Positions 21,234-32,036 of a DNA stretch of 64,000 nucleotides are shown here, piece by piece. Within the stretch, counting starts at the first letter, position 1, and the number at the start of each line of letters is the position of its first letter. Origin of the DNA: a virus (Duplodnaviria > Heunggongvirae > Uroviricota > Caudoviricetes). The DNA lies in IMG/VR virus record IMGVR_UViG_3300046047_000272, one strand, 5' to 3'. Below the pieces are notes generated by a model. The model was given only the letters and a program-made list of their open reading frames with translations, was not told the origin of the DNA and searched no databases. Made by a program: the position numbers and the translations under genes.

Positions 21234-21776
21234 ATGCATCAGTCTTCCCAATGCATCATCTACCCTCGTGCAATACGAGTAACGCGAGGCCTTATCGAGA
21301 AGATCCGAATCCTTCCGAAGGCCACGATGGATAAGATCAAAGCTGCTTCGAATATCCATTTCATCTATGGTGATGATATTGATGCGCAGATCGTCATGAG
21401 ATCGTTGATAAAGAGCATGAGTAAGGATGATCGAGGTGTCCTAGTGACTGATCATGAGGCCTTCATATGGCCGGGATACGATACGCGTATATGTTCAATC
21501 GTCGGAACAGAGAAGGTCTACTCTCATAAGATCGACGTCATTGCTAAGCGTATGCGTGTTGACGCCATCTTCGTTGATGGTGTCTGGGATGAGGAGACCC
21601 TCCGGGCTCTCGTAGCAGCGTCATGCATGGGTATCCAAGTCTACGCGATCATACCGGCCTCCTCAAGAGATCAGAGCACCAGACTGCTGCATATGATCTA
21701 TCATGACGTCATTCGATACGATCATCGTGAATGGCTGTCTATCAATGACGTCATACCCGAGGGACAGGTTTCCTGA
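21234..21776 (+). CDS. degenerate PilT/VirB11-like ATPase fragment
   Basis: KRMRVDAIFVDGVWDEETL...MGIQVYAIIPASS resembles LR.RPD.I.VGE.RD.ET...TGH.V..T.HA.S; no Walker A. Confidence 0.45.
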   Translation: MHQSSQCIIYPRAIRVTRGLIEKIRILPKATMDKIKAASNIHFIYGDDIDAQIVMRSLIKSMSKDDRGVLVTDHEAFIWPGYDTRICSIVGTEKVYSHKIDVIAKRMRVDAIFVDGVWDEETLRALVAASCMGIQVYAIIPASSRDQSTRLLHMIYHDVIRYDHREWLSINDVIPEGQVS

Positions 21777-21840
21777 GCAAGAAGGCCGCTGATATGGACA
21801 GATGAGACCACCAAGTCATGTGTCCATATCACAAGAAGAA

Positions 21841-22412
21841 CAGAACCGCCGGTCTAACGGAAGCTGAGCCAGTACTAGTATAATTACTGATCCTCGTGGC
21901 TGCGTCCGAGGAAGGCGGCTTAGCATCACGTCTAGGAGTAGGTTCATAGTATGGCCAACTGGGTCTTATGCATCGTGATCGGAGTAATAGAAGTCAGCTG
22001 ACGTGGCTTGCTCGTGTTGAGGTGGTCGGCAAGGGTTGGGTGAGTGGTGCCGCTGGGTATCTCAAGGCTGAGTGAACTAAGTGAGGGTGACCTAGGCATG
22101 GGCGCTCCTGCAGAGCGTATTCCTAGGATATGCTTCCTCGTGGACACGGTTTATCGTTGCAGTGCCGCGGTTCTCTAAGATCGGTTCTGTACACTAGAAC
22201 ATGATGCTTCTCACTAGTTCTACGGAGCAAACAAGCCCTCTGATCGTTGCAGCTTCGCGGGTCTCACATGATCTTAGGAGGTATTGCTGAGGTATGACGG
22301 TGAGATCGTGTTGAGACGCTCAGAGCCGCCGGTCTAACGCACGCAGACCTAGCGCTCGTGTAAATTACTGATCCTATCCATAGTGTCCGAGTATGGCGGA
22401 TTAGGATCATGT
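21841..22412 (+). repeat. A/B modular repeat locus 3: A-linker-B-A
   Basis: A 21841, B 22103, A 22321. Confidence 0.95.
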
Positions 22413-22474
22413 CAATCCTATATCTACCTTGTACACAGATGGTCCATTTCTATCACATCGTTAAGAAGGTCACA

Positions 22475-22794
22475 ATGTCATTGAGGTTCAGAAAATATTA
22501 GCTCTTGTACTACTCGTAGCCGGTGTCATACTAGCCATGACGCCGTATGCTTGGCTCGCCGTGATTGGTCTCACAGGTGTCTTCGTCGTAGGACTTATCT
22601 ATGAGGCGTTATTCGATGATCATGGCACGATCCTGACCTGGATATATTTGACGCTGAGTTTAGTGGTGGCCGCTGCCTCTTCGGCTATGATCATGACGGG
22701 ATGCGCATCGATATGGCTCGTCGTCATCGTTACGATGATCGCTCTGGCCGTCTTCTGCCCTTTACCAGCCAGTTCTACCACTGTCGAGTACTAA
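22475..22794 (+). CDS. small membrane protein, apparent 1-bp frameshift near 22495
   Basis: One more A in gaaaata joins MSLRFRK to ILALVLLVAGVILAMTPYAW; shares LAMTPYAW with 60233..60547. Confidence 0.55.
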
Positions 22795-22823
22795 CAATGG
22801 TGGCCGGGTAGCATCATCCTGCG

Positions 22824-23138
22824 TCACACGCCACTGTACGAGTCGATCTCATGCTGTAGCTGATCTGCACGATGATGGAATTGACGATATGCCATCATGA
22901 TGTCAGCGTTGGTGAACGTACTGATGATCTTATCCTTTGTGATCCTGTCAAATGATGCATCCTCATGTTCAGTTGTGAACTCGACCAGCCAGATCTCGTG
23001 GTAACGCTCTAATTCACCAGTGTTCATGTCCTTAAATCGATAGGCTGTATACTGGATGAGAGCTAGATGTACATAGGCGTAATCTAATCCCCCTCCAAAG
23101 TCAAAACATGCTGATTCGATTGTTTGATATTGTGCCAT
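22824..23138 (-). CDS. hypothetical protein, tandem paralog
   Basis: ESACF.F, HLA..QY..YR, WLVE.TT.HE..SFD.IT.D shared with the next ORF. Confidence 0.75.
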   Translation of the reverse strand: MAQYQTIESACFDFGGGLDYAYVHLALIQYTAYRFKDMNTGELERYHEIWLVEFTTEHEDASFDRITKDKIISTFTNADIMMAYRQFHHRADQLQHEIDSYSGV

Positions 23139-23190
23139 GATTCTATATTCCTGTCCCTGTATAGATGATGATTGTCTGTTCTTGAATAAA

Positions 23191-23541
23191 TTACTGTATA
23201 TCATTGATCAGCAAGAGATCGTCAGCATGACGCCAAAAGGGGTCTAGTGCTCGACATTGTCTTCGTAGAGTATCCAATCTGAAAGTGAACTGAGCGTGAG
23301 CTTCGACAAGATCCCAATTCGTGACCTTATTGAGAATCATGTCCTCGGTAATGGTGTCAAACGACTCGTACTCATGGCCAGTGGTCTTCTCCACCAACCA
23401 GAACTCACTGAAATACTCTATATGGCCACTCGTACCCGGTCGATACGTCTCATACTGTAGACTCGCAAGATGCGTATACGACGCATTAATGCCGTCACTA
23501 AAGGCAAAACAGGCTGATTCAACCAGTCGATATGGCGTCAT
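23191..23541 (-). CDS. hypothetical protein, tandem paralog
   Basis: Paralog of 22824..23138; start set by alignment. Confidence 0.75.
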   Translation of the reverse strand: MTPYRLVESACFAFSDGINASYTHLASLQYETYRPGTSGHIEYFSEFWLVEKTTGHEYESFDTITEDMILNKVTNWDLVEAHAQFTFRLDTLRRQCRALDPFWRHADDLLLINDIQ

Positions 23542-23575
23542 GATATGTTCTTTCGTCATCAATCGTTCACGGACT

Positions 23576-24262
23576 CTATCGGGTGAGGATAGCAATTAGT
23601 CTACGAGTGGCTTCAATTCTCTGATCATAGGACATGGTTAGAATGTCATCATACATAGCGTTCAATATGAGGTCATGCTGATAAGCCTTGATCATGTCAA
23701 TGGCTTCTTGGACTGTCGTCTGAACGTAGTGATGAGACCAGGTATCCCATTTAAGAATGATGGTCGCTTGGCTGGCGATATCCTCAGCATGATCATCTTT
23801 CGTGATGACTTGAACATCGTTCATGACGACGCCGGGTATGACCTCGTCATCGGGCACATCACGATGTGGGCTTAGGATGAGCACGTCACCATAATTCAGC
23901 GTAGCCAACGTCCCTGGTCGGCCTGCTGGCTCGATAGTATTATGGTCAAGATCATCAATCTCTGGCTCGGTGGCCATACTCATGAGCAGGCTGCCAGCGT
24001 CTTCCTTCGTCAGACGGTCAAAATCGTTTGATTTAATGAACGCTGCATAAACCTGCTGATAATGCTTGATCATATCATCAGCATCATCCGAGGAATACGG
24101 GTCCTCGGCGATCTCCTTGGAGAACGTGATAGCCGCTTGAATATCATAGAATCTCATGACGGTAATATTCGAATAATGATTAGGTGTCACTTGAATAATG
24201 ACCATTGCTCCCTGATTTCCAAAGGCCAGTGGCGCGACGTCGATCGATACTCTTCCGGACAT
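23576..24262 (-). CDS. hypothetical protein
   Basis: 228 aa ORF with RBS. Confidence 0.7.
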   Translation of the reverse strand: MSGRVSIDVAPLAFGNQGAMVIIQVTPNHYSNITVMRFYDIQAAITFSKEIAEDPYSSDDADDMIKHYQQVYAAFIKSNDFDRLTKEDAGSLLMSMATEPEIDDLDHNTIEPAGRPGTLATLNYGDVLILSPHRDVPDDEVIPGVVMNDVQVITKDDHAEDIASQATIILKWDTWSHHYVQTTVQEAIDMIKAYQHDLILNAMYDDILTMSYDQRIEATRRLIAILTR

Positions 24263-24581
24263 GATATTTCCCTTCTAATCATACTATGAACATGGTGCTC
24301 ATATGATGGTTGTTACTGTTTACAGATTCCTACTCCGCCAGTCGTTCACATTATTGAGGACATCGCGAATCAGCTCGTGCTGGTCAATGGTCTCACCAAG
24401 GTGACGGGCGATATGGGTGCGGTAGGCTCTGACACCAGCATCAATATCTCGCTCGGTGACCTCGGTTACTCGTTCTGATTGCTGATGCATGCCTATCCTT
24501 CCGTTTTGACAGAATCAACTATATCACATGTCTCATCATGTATCGTATAGCGGGTCGTACGAACCGCTATCAGTAACTAGA

Positions 24582-25553
24582 TTAGCAGGTCTCCTGCACA
24601 TCCCTCAGGAATGATGCACGCTCGTCATCTAATAATTGATCCGCATATTTACGGATGCCCTCTATATCAGCGAGTCTCGCGGCCGCGATAACAGACGCGA
24701 TGTCGGCATCGGTGGCCTCTGTGAAGTCAACCTGTGGTATGATATGATCATGCTTATCCAACGCCATGCTCATGGATGCGGTATATCGAGCATGAGCATC
24801 ATGAAGGTCGTCAATCATACTATTAATATCGTACAGATCAAGAGATCCTTGTATACTGACCTCCTTATCGTTCGTAATGGTGTCATCACGAACGCACTCA
24901 CCATTAAGCGTATGCGTCTTGGTCCTTCCACCCAGGTATCGCTCAGCGAAGGCGTCCTTCAGAGCGGGCATCGAGTACGGTCCATGGACAATGACGGCTG
25001 CGCAGGTGGTGTCATCGTCATCGTAGTCAGTTGTCCACAGGAAGACGACGGATGTCGTCGTATCTGAAGGTGTCATCTGCTGGCGTCCAGCGATCACATC
25101 CTTTTCATCATTCGTGAGCTTCATCTTTCTGGCCATATCGAGGAAGGTGTTGTACGCGTATCCGTGCTTATCGCCCGTGATCTTACTAGAGTAGGTCGTG
25201 TCAAGATAATCGTTGATCAATGCCTTGATCTTATCAGCTCCATGCATGGTCATTTGGACGTTCATCGAGTCGTCTGCTGGCTGATATTTGACGATATATA
25301 ATGTTGACGATGCTGGAAAGTCGGCAAACTCAACGTAATCCCAATTGTAGATGGTGATGGTTGATGCATTCTGAATGCTCCCATCAGATGCTAGCATCAA
25401 CTTAGGCAATCCATGCTCCTCAGCAAAGTCAAGTAAGGTCGACTTGGGTATTTTCGTGTCGTTGAGATTCATCACGATGACACTCTGATCATCAGTGTAG
25501 CTGGTGATCATGCTCATGGATCGTACATCGTTCAGTAATTTGGCGTCAATCAT
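24582..25553 (-). CDS. hypothetical protein
   Basis: 323 aa ORF. Confidence 0.75.
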   Translation of the reverse strand: MIDAKLLNDVRSMSMITSYTDDQSVIVMNLNDTKIPKSTLLDFAEEHGLPKLMLASDGSIQNASTITIYNWDYVEFADFPASSTLYIVKYQPADDSMNVQMTMHGADKIKALINDYLDTTYSSKITGDKHGYAYNTFLDMARKMKLTNDEKDVIAGRQQMTPSDTTTSVVFLWTTDYDDDDTTCAAVIVHGPYSMPALKDAFAERYLGGRTKTHTLNGECVRDDTITNDKEVSIQGSLDLYDINSMIDDLHDAHARYTASMSMALDKHDHIIPQVDFTEATDADIASVIAAARLADIEGIRKYADQLLDDERASFLRDVQETC

Positions 25554-25873
25554 GAAGGCTTCCTATCATCTGGCTGTTCTCTATCGTCATAATCCATCAT
25601 AACATTATCATCCGATAAGGCAATTAGACGATGCTACCTGTCAGAAGGCATATCTACCATAGGATTGGTATAGTAAGGAACAGGCTAAGGCTTGCCGATC
25701 TTCGACAGGAGGAGACGATATTCTATGCACGACGCATTACGATTATCCGATGACGACATCATGTCCGCGGTTCTACACAAGTATCAGGGATCGTATTCAT
25801 CCCAGGAGATCTACGATGCCGTTGATCGATGGAGATATGAGCAGCTTGCTCATCTGATTGGTGGTGATCGTTC

Positions 25874-27256
25874 ATGAACCAGCATCAACGCGAAGAGGAT
25901 CGTATTCCTAAGACGGCCTACTGGGGTGAACAGACCCAACGAGCCATCGACAATTTCCATGTGACGGGTATCCCAATGTCCGCTCATCCTGAGTTCGTCA
26001 CAGCCTACGCTATCGTGAAGCAGGCGGCGGCTGACGCGAATCTTACCACTGGTCGTATTACTCAAGATCAACATGACGGCATCATCGAGGCTTGTGATGA
26101 GATCATCAATGGCCAGCATGACGACCAATTCCCGGTTGACGTTCTTCAGGGCGGTGCTGGCACATCAATGAATATGAACATGAATGAGGTCATAGCAAAT
26201 ATCGCTCTCGAACGATCTGGTCATCGCAGGGGATCATATGAGGACATGCATCCTAACGATACGGTGAATGCTAGCCAGTCCACGAACGATACGTATCCAA
26301 CGGCCATGAGATTGGCCATGATCTATCTCTGCCAGGATCTATCTGATGAGCTGGGCGCGTTGATCCTGCGATTAGAGAGGAAGGCTGATCATCTTAAGGA
26401 CGTTGTGACCATTGGCAGAACGCAGCTCCAGGACGCTGTGCCAATGACGTATCATCAGGTTCTGATGGCGTATGCTGACAATCTTCAGAACGATCAGTAT
26501 CGTATCGACAAGGCAATACAACGATTGCAGAACGTATCCCTCGGAGGCACGGCCATTGGCACTGGTATCATGGCTAGCCCCGCCTATCAAGATGAGGTCA
26601 TCCTTGCGCTTAGGAAGCGCTCATTGCTTCGGATACAGGGCGTAGAGAATAGGATAGCGGCCACATCAGATATGAGTGATTTTCTCTATGTGTCGTCAGT
26701 CATGAAGATTGTGTCGACGCATTACGGGAAGATGGCCGATGATTTCAGATTGCTGGCCAGTGGTCCTATGGCCGGCCTACAGGAAGTGCATTTGAAGCCC
26801 GTGCAAGCAGGATCGTCAATCATGCCGGGTAAGGTGAATCCTGTCCTATTAGAGGCTGTTGATCAGGTGATGTTTGATGTGATCGGTAAGGACGCGTCAA
26901 TCACGGCGGCCTCCATGCATGGCCAGTTGCAGTTGAACGCCTTCGAGCCATTGATTCTTCACGCTACACTCACTGGATTGCATCGTCTGATGGAGGCTAC
27001 TGGACTGTTAGATACGACGATTCGAGATTTGACCGTCAGGGAGGATGTGGCTGCATCATATGCGAATCGCTCACCGAGTATGGCCACCGTGCTGATTCCA
27101 GTGATGGGATACGATGCAGCTTCATTAATAGCCAAGCAGGCTATTGCCCAGAAGAAGAGTGTAGAGGACGTGGTGAAGTCCATGGACGCTGATACGATCG
27201 CGTCAATCATGGATACTGGCGTGTCGTTTGATCCTCGTAGCGTGACCGGTGAGTGA
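25874..27256 (+). CDS. aspA: aspartate ammonia-lyase
   Basis: YWG.QT.RA.DNF, QGGAGTS.NMN.NEVIAN, SQSTND.YPTA, GRTQLQDAVP, GSSIMPGKVNPV, GQLQLNAFEP. Confidence 0.93.
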   Translation: MNQHQREEDRIPKTAYWGEQTQRAIDNFHVTGIPMSAHPEFVTAYAIVKQAAADANLTTGRITQDQHDGIIEACDEIINGQHDDQFPVDVLQGGAGTSMNMNMNEVIANIALERSGHRRGSYEDMHPNDTVNASQSTNDTYPTAMRLAMIYLCQDLSDELGALILRLERKADHLKDVVTIGRTQLQDAVPMTYHQVLMAYADNLQNDQYRIDKAIQRLQNVSLGGTAIGTGIMASPAYQDEVILALRKRSLLRIQGVENRIAATSDMSDFLYVSSVMKIVSTHYGKMADDFRLLASGPMAGLQEVHLKPVQAGSSIMPGKVNPVLLEAVDQVMFDVIGKDASITAASMHGQLQLNAFEPLILHATLTGLHRLMEATGLLDTTIRDLTVREDVAASYANRSPSMATVLIPVMGYDAASLIAKQAIAQKKSVEDVVKSMDADTIASIMDTGVSFDPRSVTGE

Positions 27257-27314
27257 CGTTTGATCCTATGATATAATTAATCGTATATGATTGTCCTCGG
27301 AGGGGAGATTGGCT

Positions 27315-28262
27315 ATGACGAAGAGTAAGGCTCGATGGATCATTCAGAGTGGTCGTGGTGAGGATGGTGGATTCGGTGATTATGCGAGTCCATCGTCTTG
27401 GCATCAGTTGAGGTCATCTGATGGTTCGTTGATCTGGTTCTCCACGATTGAGGACGCTGAGAAAGTGGCAGTGACGTTAAGATCCCGTGCCTCAGGGGCG
27501 TTCTATCATCATGGCGATCATGATGCCTATGATGGATCGTTTCCTGTAGAATATGAGGCCATCGAGCTGCCTGATTATGCTGATCAGCCAACTGATCCAG
27601 ACGATTACATTGACAGGATCACCGCGTTGAACACTGATTCCTGGTCTGCCGCCTCTGCCATTGACGAGGAGCAGGTTCAGCTGACGAAGGACTCTAATGC
27701 CCGTATCCTCGGATCGGACAATTATCAGGGCGCGATAGACGATTTTACGGATTTCTGTAGGGGCGCATATACGCTTCTTCGTCCTTTCACGGAGGATCAT
27801 ATTCGTGTCAGTATGCTTAGACCTAATAAGTATCATGCTCTTGACCAGCTCACATTAGAATATTATCCATATCAGGGCATTGAGAAGTCATATTACAATC
27901 AACCTGCATCCTATTGGGTCTATGAGTACGATCGGGATAAGAACACTCTCGTACTGGCTCAGAGGAAGGATGATGACCCCGTGGAGTATGGTAATAGCTG
28001 CGTGTGCAATCAGACCGATAATCGTTGTCTACGCTTCGTGAGGACCCTGGAGGACATGAGAGATATCGATGACGAGGATATCGTTTTCATCGGCTCTGTT
28101 GACCGTGATGGTCAGCTTCACAAGAATGACGCCATTGATGATGTCTACAGACTGCCTGATAAACGATACGGGTATACTCCTGAGGACTTCTTAGAGGTGT
28201 CAATGATGGCTGCTGATCTTCAGGATATTACTCGGCGCATTCATCAGAAGCTGCAATCATGA
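27315..28262 (+). CDS. hypothetical protein
   Basis: N-terminal ~130 aa align with 28287..28799. Confidence 0.75.
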   Translation: MTKSKARWIIQSGRGEDGGFGDYASPSSWHQLRSSDGSLIWFSTIEDAEKVAVTLRSRASGAFYHHGDHDAYDGSFPVEYEAIELPDYADQPTDPDDYIDRITALNTDSWSAASAIDEEQVQLTKDSNARILGSDNYQGAIDDFTDFCRGAYTLLRPFTEDHIRVSMLRPNKYHALDQLTLEYYPYQGIEKSYYNQPASYWVYEYDRDKNTLVLAQRKDDDPVEYGNSCVCNQTDNRCLRFVRTLEDMRDIDDEDIVFIGSVDRDGQLHKNDAIDDVYRLPDKRYGYTPEDFLEVSMMAADLQDITRRIHQKLQS

Positions 28263-28286
28263 ATGTCATCATGACCAGCATATCAA

Positions 28287-28799
28287 GTGGCACTGGCAGG
28301 ACGATCATGCCTTCATCTCCTCATGCAATCTAGGGATGGCTGTCAGAATGACGGTGAGCATCATCATGTCTGGTCAACGTTGACTGACGAGGATCAGCAG
28401 GATTACTGGATTGCCGATGCTAACATCGCTAAGCGCGTCTTAACCACATTGCATCAATTATCAACGCAAGCGTTCTTACAGGCCGGCCAATCAGATGATG
28501 ATGTCCTTGATGGGATTCATCCAGCAGAATATCGTCTTGCACAGATTGATGACACTCAGATTGAGTTGCTGGATAGACATCTTCAAACGGACCCTATTGT
28601 TGATGTTGACGATTTCATCGATCATATGGCTGATGTGAATGAGCATTACTGGCCGAGGAGCATAGCCGTTGATGATTTAGAGGAGAAACGTCTGGCCATA
28701 GCGAAGGGATTGCATGATCAATGGGCATCCAGGCACGATCCTATGCAAGCATCATGGATCATTCAGGATCTTCGGGATCTAGGAGATCAGACGGCCTAG
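28287..28799 (+). CDS. hypothetical protein, paralog of the 27315 N-terminal domain
   Basis: Shared QS, W..L...D....W, AF...G, DG..P.EY, D.DD.ID.....N...W. Confidence 0.65.
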   Translation: MALAGRSCLHLLMQSRDGCQNDGEHHHVWSTLTDEDQQDYWIADANIAKRVLTTLHQLSTQAFLQAGQSDDDVLDGIHPAEYRLAQIDDTQIELLDRHLQTDPIVDVDDFIDHMADVNEHYWPRSIAVDDLEEKRLAIAKGLHDQWASRHDPMQASWIIQDLRDLGDQTA

Positions 28800-29807
28800 C
28801 GCGTTAGATGGGAACTCCTCGACCCATGAGCGCGCCGCGATATTCGGAACTGATTTGATGACATCGTCTCCATCACCAAGAATCACGTAATCACCGGCCT
28901 TACATGGACCCCATAATGCTTTCGTTGACGTTCTATTCTGCTCGTCACTGATCAGACTGATCGCCGTTCCCCCGTCATATCGGACGGACATGATCATGTA
29001 GACCTGACGATGGGACAGTTCTGCCGACCATGTAAGCGTCTCATAGCGTCTTGCCAGCATGTATCGAACAATCTCAAGGGTACTGGTCATGCCAGATACG
29101 AGGAGCCATCCACAGGTGACGATGAGAGTGTCTGATGATTGGTATCCTGGTACGAGAGCCATGACTGGTGCCGTGATGATCGCACTGACGAGCAATAGGA
29201 TAGCTTGTCCTGATCGTCCATGGACCATTTGTATCATGAGATAGATGATCATAGCGAAGAAGACGGCGATCCAGGCGCATCTCATGATGGGATGATTTGG
29301 TAGCACGCTGATTGACGGTATGATGGTGAGTACTTGTGGTGTGACGACGAATGCGCTGATGATGGCTAGGACGCTGATGATCGTAGTGATGATCATGAAT
29401 TTGAAGCTGATGCGTATCGCTGATGATCTCGGTTGCTGATTGGCCGTTGATGTTAGATGGTCACTTGGCTGTGATGCTGGCTTATCATTCGATGGGCTTG
29501 TCGTGTGATAAGCTTTCGGCTGATGGTACTCCTGTTTAGACTGCTGATTATGATTCTGTTGGTTTTCTGGGCGCTGACTGTCCGAGGCCGTATTGATGCC
29601 TGCGGCGAGTTGTTGATCATACTCTGCTCGTTTCTGCTCATCGGTGAGCGTGTCATGGATGAGATTCAGATACTCGGTCACTGGTCGGCCATCCTCACCG
29701 ACCACATCTGGGTGATACCGTTTGATCATGACGCGATAGGCCTTATTGATCTCATCTGTCGTCGCGCTCTGCGAGACACCAAGGAATTGATAATAGCTGA
29801 ATTGCAT
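28779..29807 (-). CDS. membrane-anchored DnaJ-domain protein
   Basis: YYQFLGV..SA...EI.KAYR.....YHPD...R.EYD J-domain, low-complexity linker, about 4 TM. Confidence 0.88.
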   Translation of the reverse strand: MQFSYYQFLGVSQSATTDEINKAYRVMIKRYHPDVVGEDGRPVTEYLNLIHDTLTDEQKRAEYDQQLAAGINTASDSQRPENQQNHNQQSKQEYHQPKAYHTTSPSNDKPASQPSDHLTSTANQQPRSSAIRISFKFMIITTIISVLAIISAFVVTPQVLTIIPSISVLPNHPIMRCAWIAVFFAMIIYLMIQMVHGRSGQAILLLVSAIITAPVMALVPGYQSSDTLIVTCGWLLVSGMTSTLEIVRYMLARRYETLTWSAELSHRQVYMIMSVRYDGGTAISLISDEQNRTSTKALWGPCKAGDYVILGDGDDVIKSVPNIAARSWVEEFPSNALGRLIS

Positions 29808-29906
29808 GATACCTACCTTATCTATTTTTCGTGATCATCTAATAATTAGATATGGTTAGACTACGGTTCTTGCATCAATTGATCGTTACTGGTATAATGG
29901 TTTGTC

Positions 29907-31337
29907 ATGGCTGACAAGAAGAAGACTCCAAGGATCAGTGTCCGGCGATGGACCATGCCTAGACACGCGAATCGTTGGATGCAGAAGCGGTCAGTATTAC
30001 GACCGATTGCTATGATCGTATTGTTCATCCTCGTATTCGGCGGCGCGATGGCCGGTGCGACGCTCTGGGATATATCCACGAGGATCCAGAAGAATACGAC
30101 GCCGATCATTGTGAAGGGCAAGGTTAAGGAATCAACCGATCTCGTTGATCCTAATGCTGGTAAGACGATTAACGTGCTGATCCTCGGACAGGATACTCGT
30201 GATGGTGCGTCTAATGCGGCCATAGGTGGATCTGATATGGCTGACGAGCATCAGTCGGACACGGCTATGGTCATGCAGATATCTGCTGACAGATCGTATA
30301 TCAACCTGGTGTCCATTCCCCGTGATTCACTGGTTGACGCACCCGCCTGTAAAACGCCTAATGGAGAGATTCCCGTGCAATACAAGGTCATGTTCAATTC
30401 CATCTTCTCAACGGCATGGCATCGTGGTGGTGGATTGTCAGCTGCGGCGTCATGTACGCTTGACGCGGTGAATGCGTTAACCGGTCTCACGATTGACAAC
30501 TTCATTGTTGTAGACTTCCATGGTCTTCAGAATATGATTGACGCTATAGGAGGTGTTGATGTCTGCCTACCATCAGATACGAAAGATGCGTATACGAGCC
30601 TCGATCTGAAGAAGGGATTGCAGCATCTTGATGGTCTTACGGCCACGCAGTACGCCAGGATGCGGCATGGCACGGGAACCGATGGCACTGACGTCATGAG
30701 GACAACCCGTCAGCAATACCTGATCAAACAATTATTAGATACAGCCATGCAGAAGAATCTCCTCACGCAGACCAGTCAGCTCTACCAGTTGGGTAGAACC
30801 GCTCTTGACTCTCTGAACATTAGCCCTGGATTAGCCGACGCGACCACTCTTGGAGGATTAGCCTTTAGTTTGAGGAATATCCGTATGGATCACGTCTACG
30901 CTCAGACGATACCTGTCAAGGAGGCACCATCTGATCCTAATCGTAGGGTATGGGCGTCATCGGCATATCAGGTATGGAATCGTCTGCAGGCTGGTCAGCC
31001 ATTATCAACCATGTCCACAGACACGCCAGCATCAACGACTGATCCAAGTCCATCGGACGCCGCCAGTACATCAGCGTCAACAACTGATGCATCAGCACCA
31101 CCAAGTCCATCCAACACCACTGATGACCCATCATCTGATACATCATCCTCAGCATCATCGTCAACGGTTGATCCAAGGACTGGTGTCATCACATCATCTG
31201 ATGGTAAGCTTATTGATCCCACGACGCATGGTGTCATCGACCCGTCGACAGGATACATTAAGGATCCTTCTACCGGTGAGTATATAGGCGTAGCCCAACA
31301 GTATTTGAACGTGACGGTCTGCGGCTTGACACGCTAA
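29907..31337 (+). CDS. LytR-CpsA-Psr (LCP) family cell-wall ligase
   Basis: N-terminal TM, LILGQDTRD, SDT, VSIPRDS, VDF.G...MIDAIGGV.VC, YARMRH, D..R..RQQ; S/T-rich tail. Confidence 0.93.
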   Translation: MADKKKTPRISVRRWTMPRHANRWMQKRSVLRPIAMIVLFILVFGGAMAGATLWDISTRIQKNTTPIIVKGKVKESTDLVDPNAGKTINVLILGQDTRDGASNAAIGGSDMADEHQSDTAMVMQISADRSYINLVSIPRDSLVDAPACKTPNGEIPVQYKVMFNSIFSTAWHRGGGLSAAASCTLDAVNALTGLTIDNFIVVDFHGLQNMIDAIGGVDVCLPSDTKDAYTSLDLKKGLQHLDGLTATQYARMRHGTGTDGTDVMRTTRQQYLIKQLLDTAMQKNLLTQTSQLYQLGRTALDSLNISPGLADATTLGGLAFSLRNIRMDHVYAQTIPVKEAPSDPNRRVWASSAYQVWNRLQAGQPLSTMSTDTPASTTDPSPSDAASTSASTTDASAPPSPSNTTDDPSSDTSSSASSSTVDPRTGVITSSDGKLIDPTTHGVIDPSTGYIKDPSTGEYIGVAQQYLNVTVCGLTR

Positions 31338-31406
31338 TAGCGAATTGCGTCATGATCATCATGATGATACCATGATCGTAGCACGTTAACCAGAAGGGAT
31401 GACATC

Positions 31407-32006
31407 ATGCCAAATCACGTTACGACTATTGTTCAGGCCGCGCCGAAGGTTCTTCAGCGAATCCTATCCGTCGAGGATGGTGAGCAGGCCGTCAATTTTA
31501 AGACCATCATCCCGATGCCAGACACGGTCTTTCAAGGCGAACTGTCATCTGAGGACGAGCAAAAGTATCCTGGCGATTTGAACTGGTATGACTGGTCGAT
31601 CAATCATTGGGGAACGAAGTGGAACGCCTATGAGACCGTGATCATCGATGACGACAAGCTGAGTTTCCAGACGGCCTGGTCAGCGCCATGGCCAATCTTC
31701 GAGGAATGGTCACGGCAATGCCCAGAAGAGGTGATGACCATTGCATTCGCTGACGAGGATCTTGGGAGCAATCTTGGCATGTTCCAGATGAAGGATGGCG
31801 TCATCGTCAAGGACAGTGGCATTCAGAATCAGGATGATGCTGTTCGCAGGGAATTCGCGTCCTATCTCATCTTCGGATCATCCTATGAAGACGTGTGCTC
31901 TGACTACGATGCTGACGACAGTATTGGTCTTGATGGTCTCAAGGCTCTGCCTGACTGCAACCCACAACGAATCATCGATTTGCGAGGATCATCTATCACT
32001 GATTGA
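31407..32006 (+). CDS. YubB/DUF1281-like ferredoxin-fold protein
   Basis: MPNHV, NWYDW.I.HWGTKWNA, FQTAWSAP, FADEDLG.N. Confidence 0.8.
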   Translation: MPNHVTTIVQAAPKVLQRILSVEDGEQAVNFKTIIPMPDTVFQGELSSEDEQKYPGDLNWYDWSINHWGTKWNAYETVIIDDDKLSFQTAWSAPWPIFEEWSRQCPEEVMTIAFADEDLGSNLGMFQMKDGVIVKDSGIQNQDDAVRREFASYLIFGSSYEDVCSDYDADDSIGLDGLKALPDCNPQRIIDLRGSSITD

Positions 32007-32036
32007 TGACTCGATGATGACAAGGAAAGAGGAAGT

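Noticed and set aside
30990-31170. Low-complexity catca-rich stretch as a DNA repeat
   Set aside because: It encodes the Ser/Thr/Asp/Pro linker of the LCP protein.
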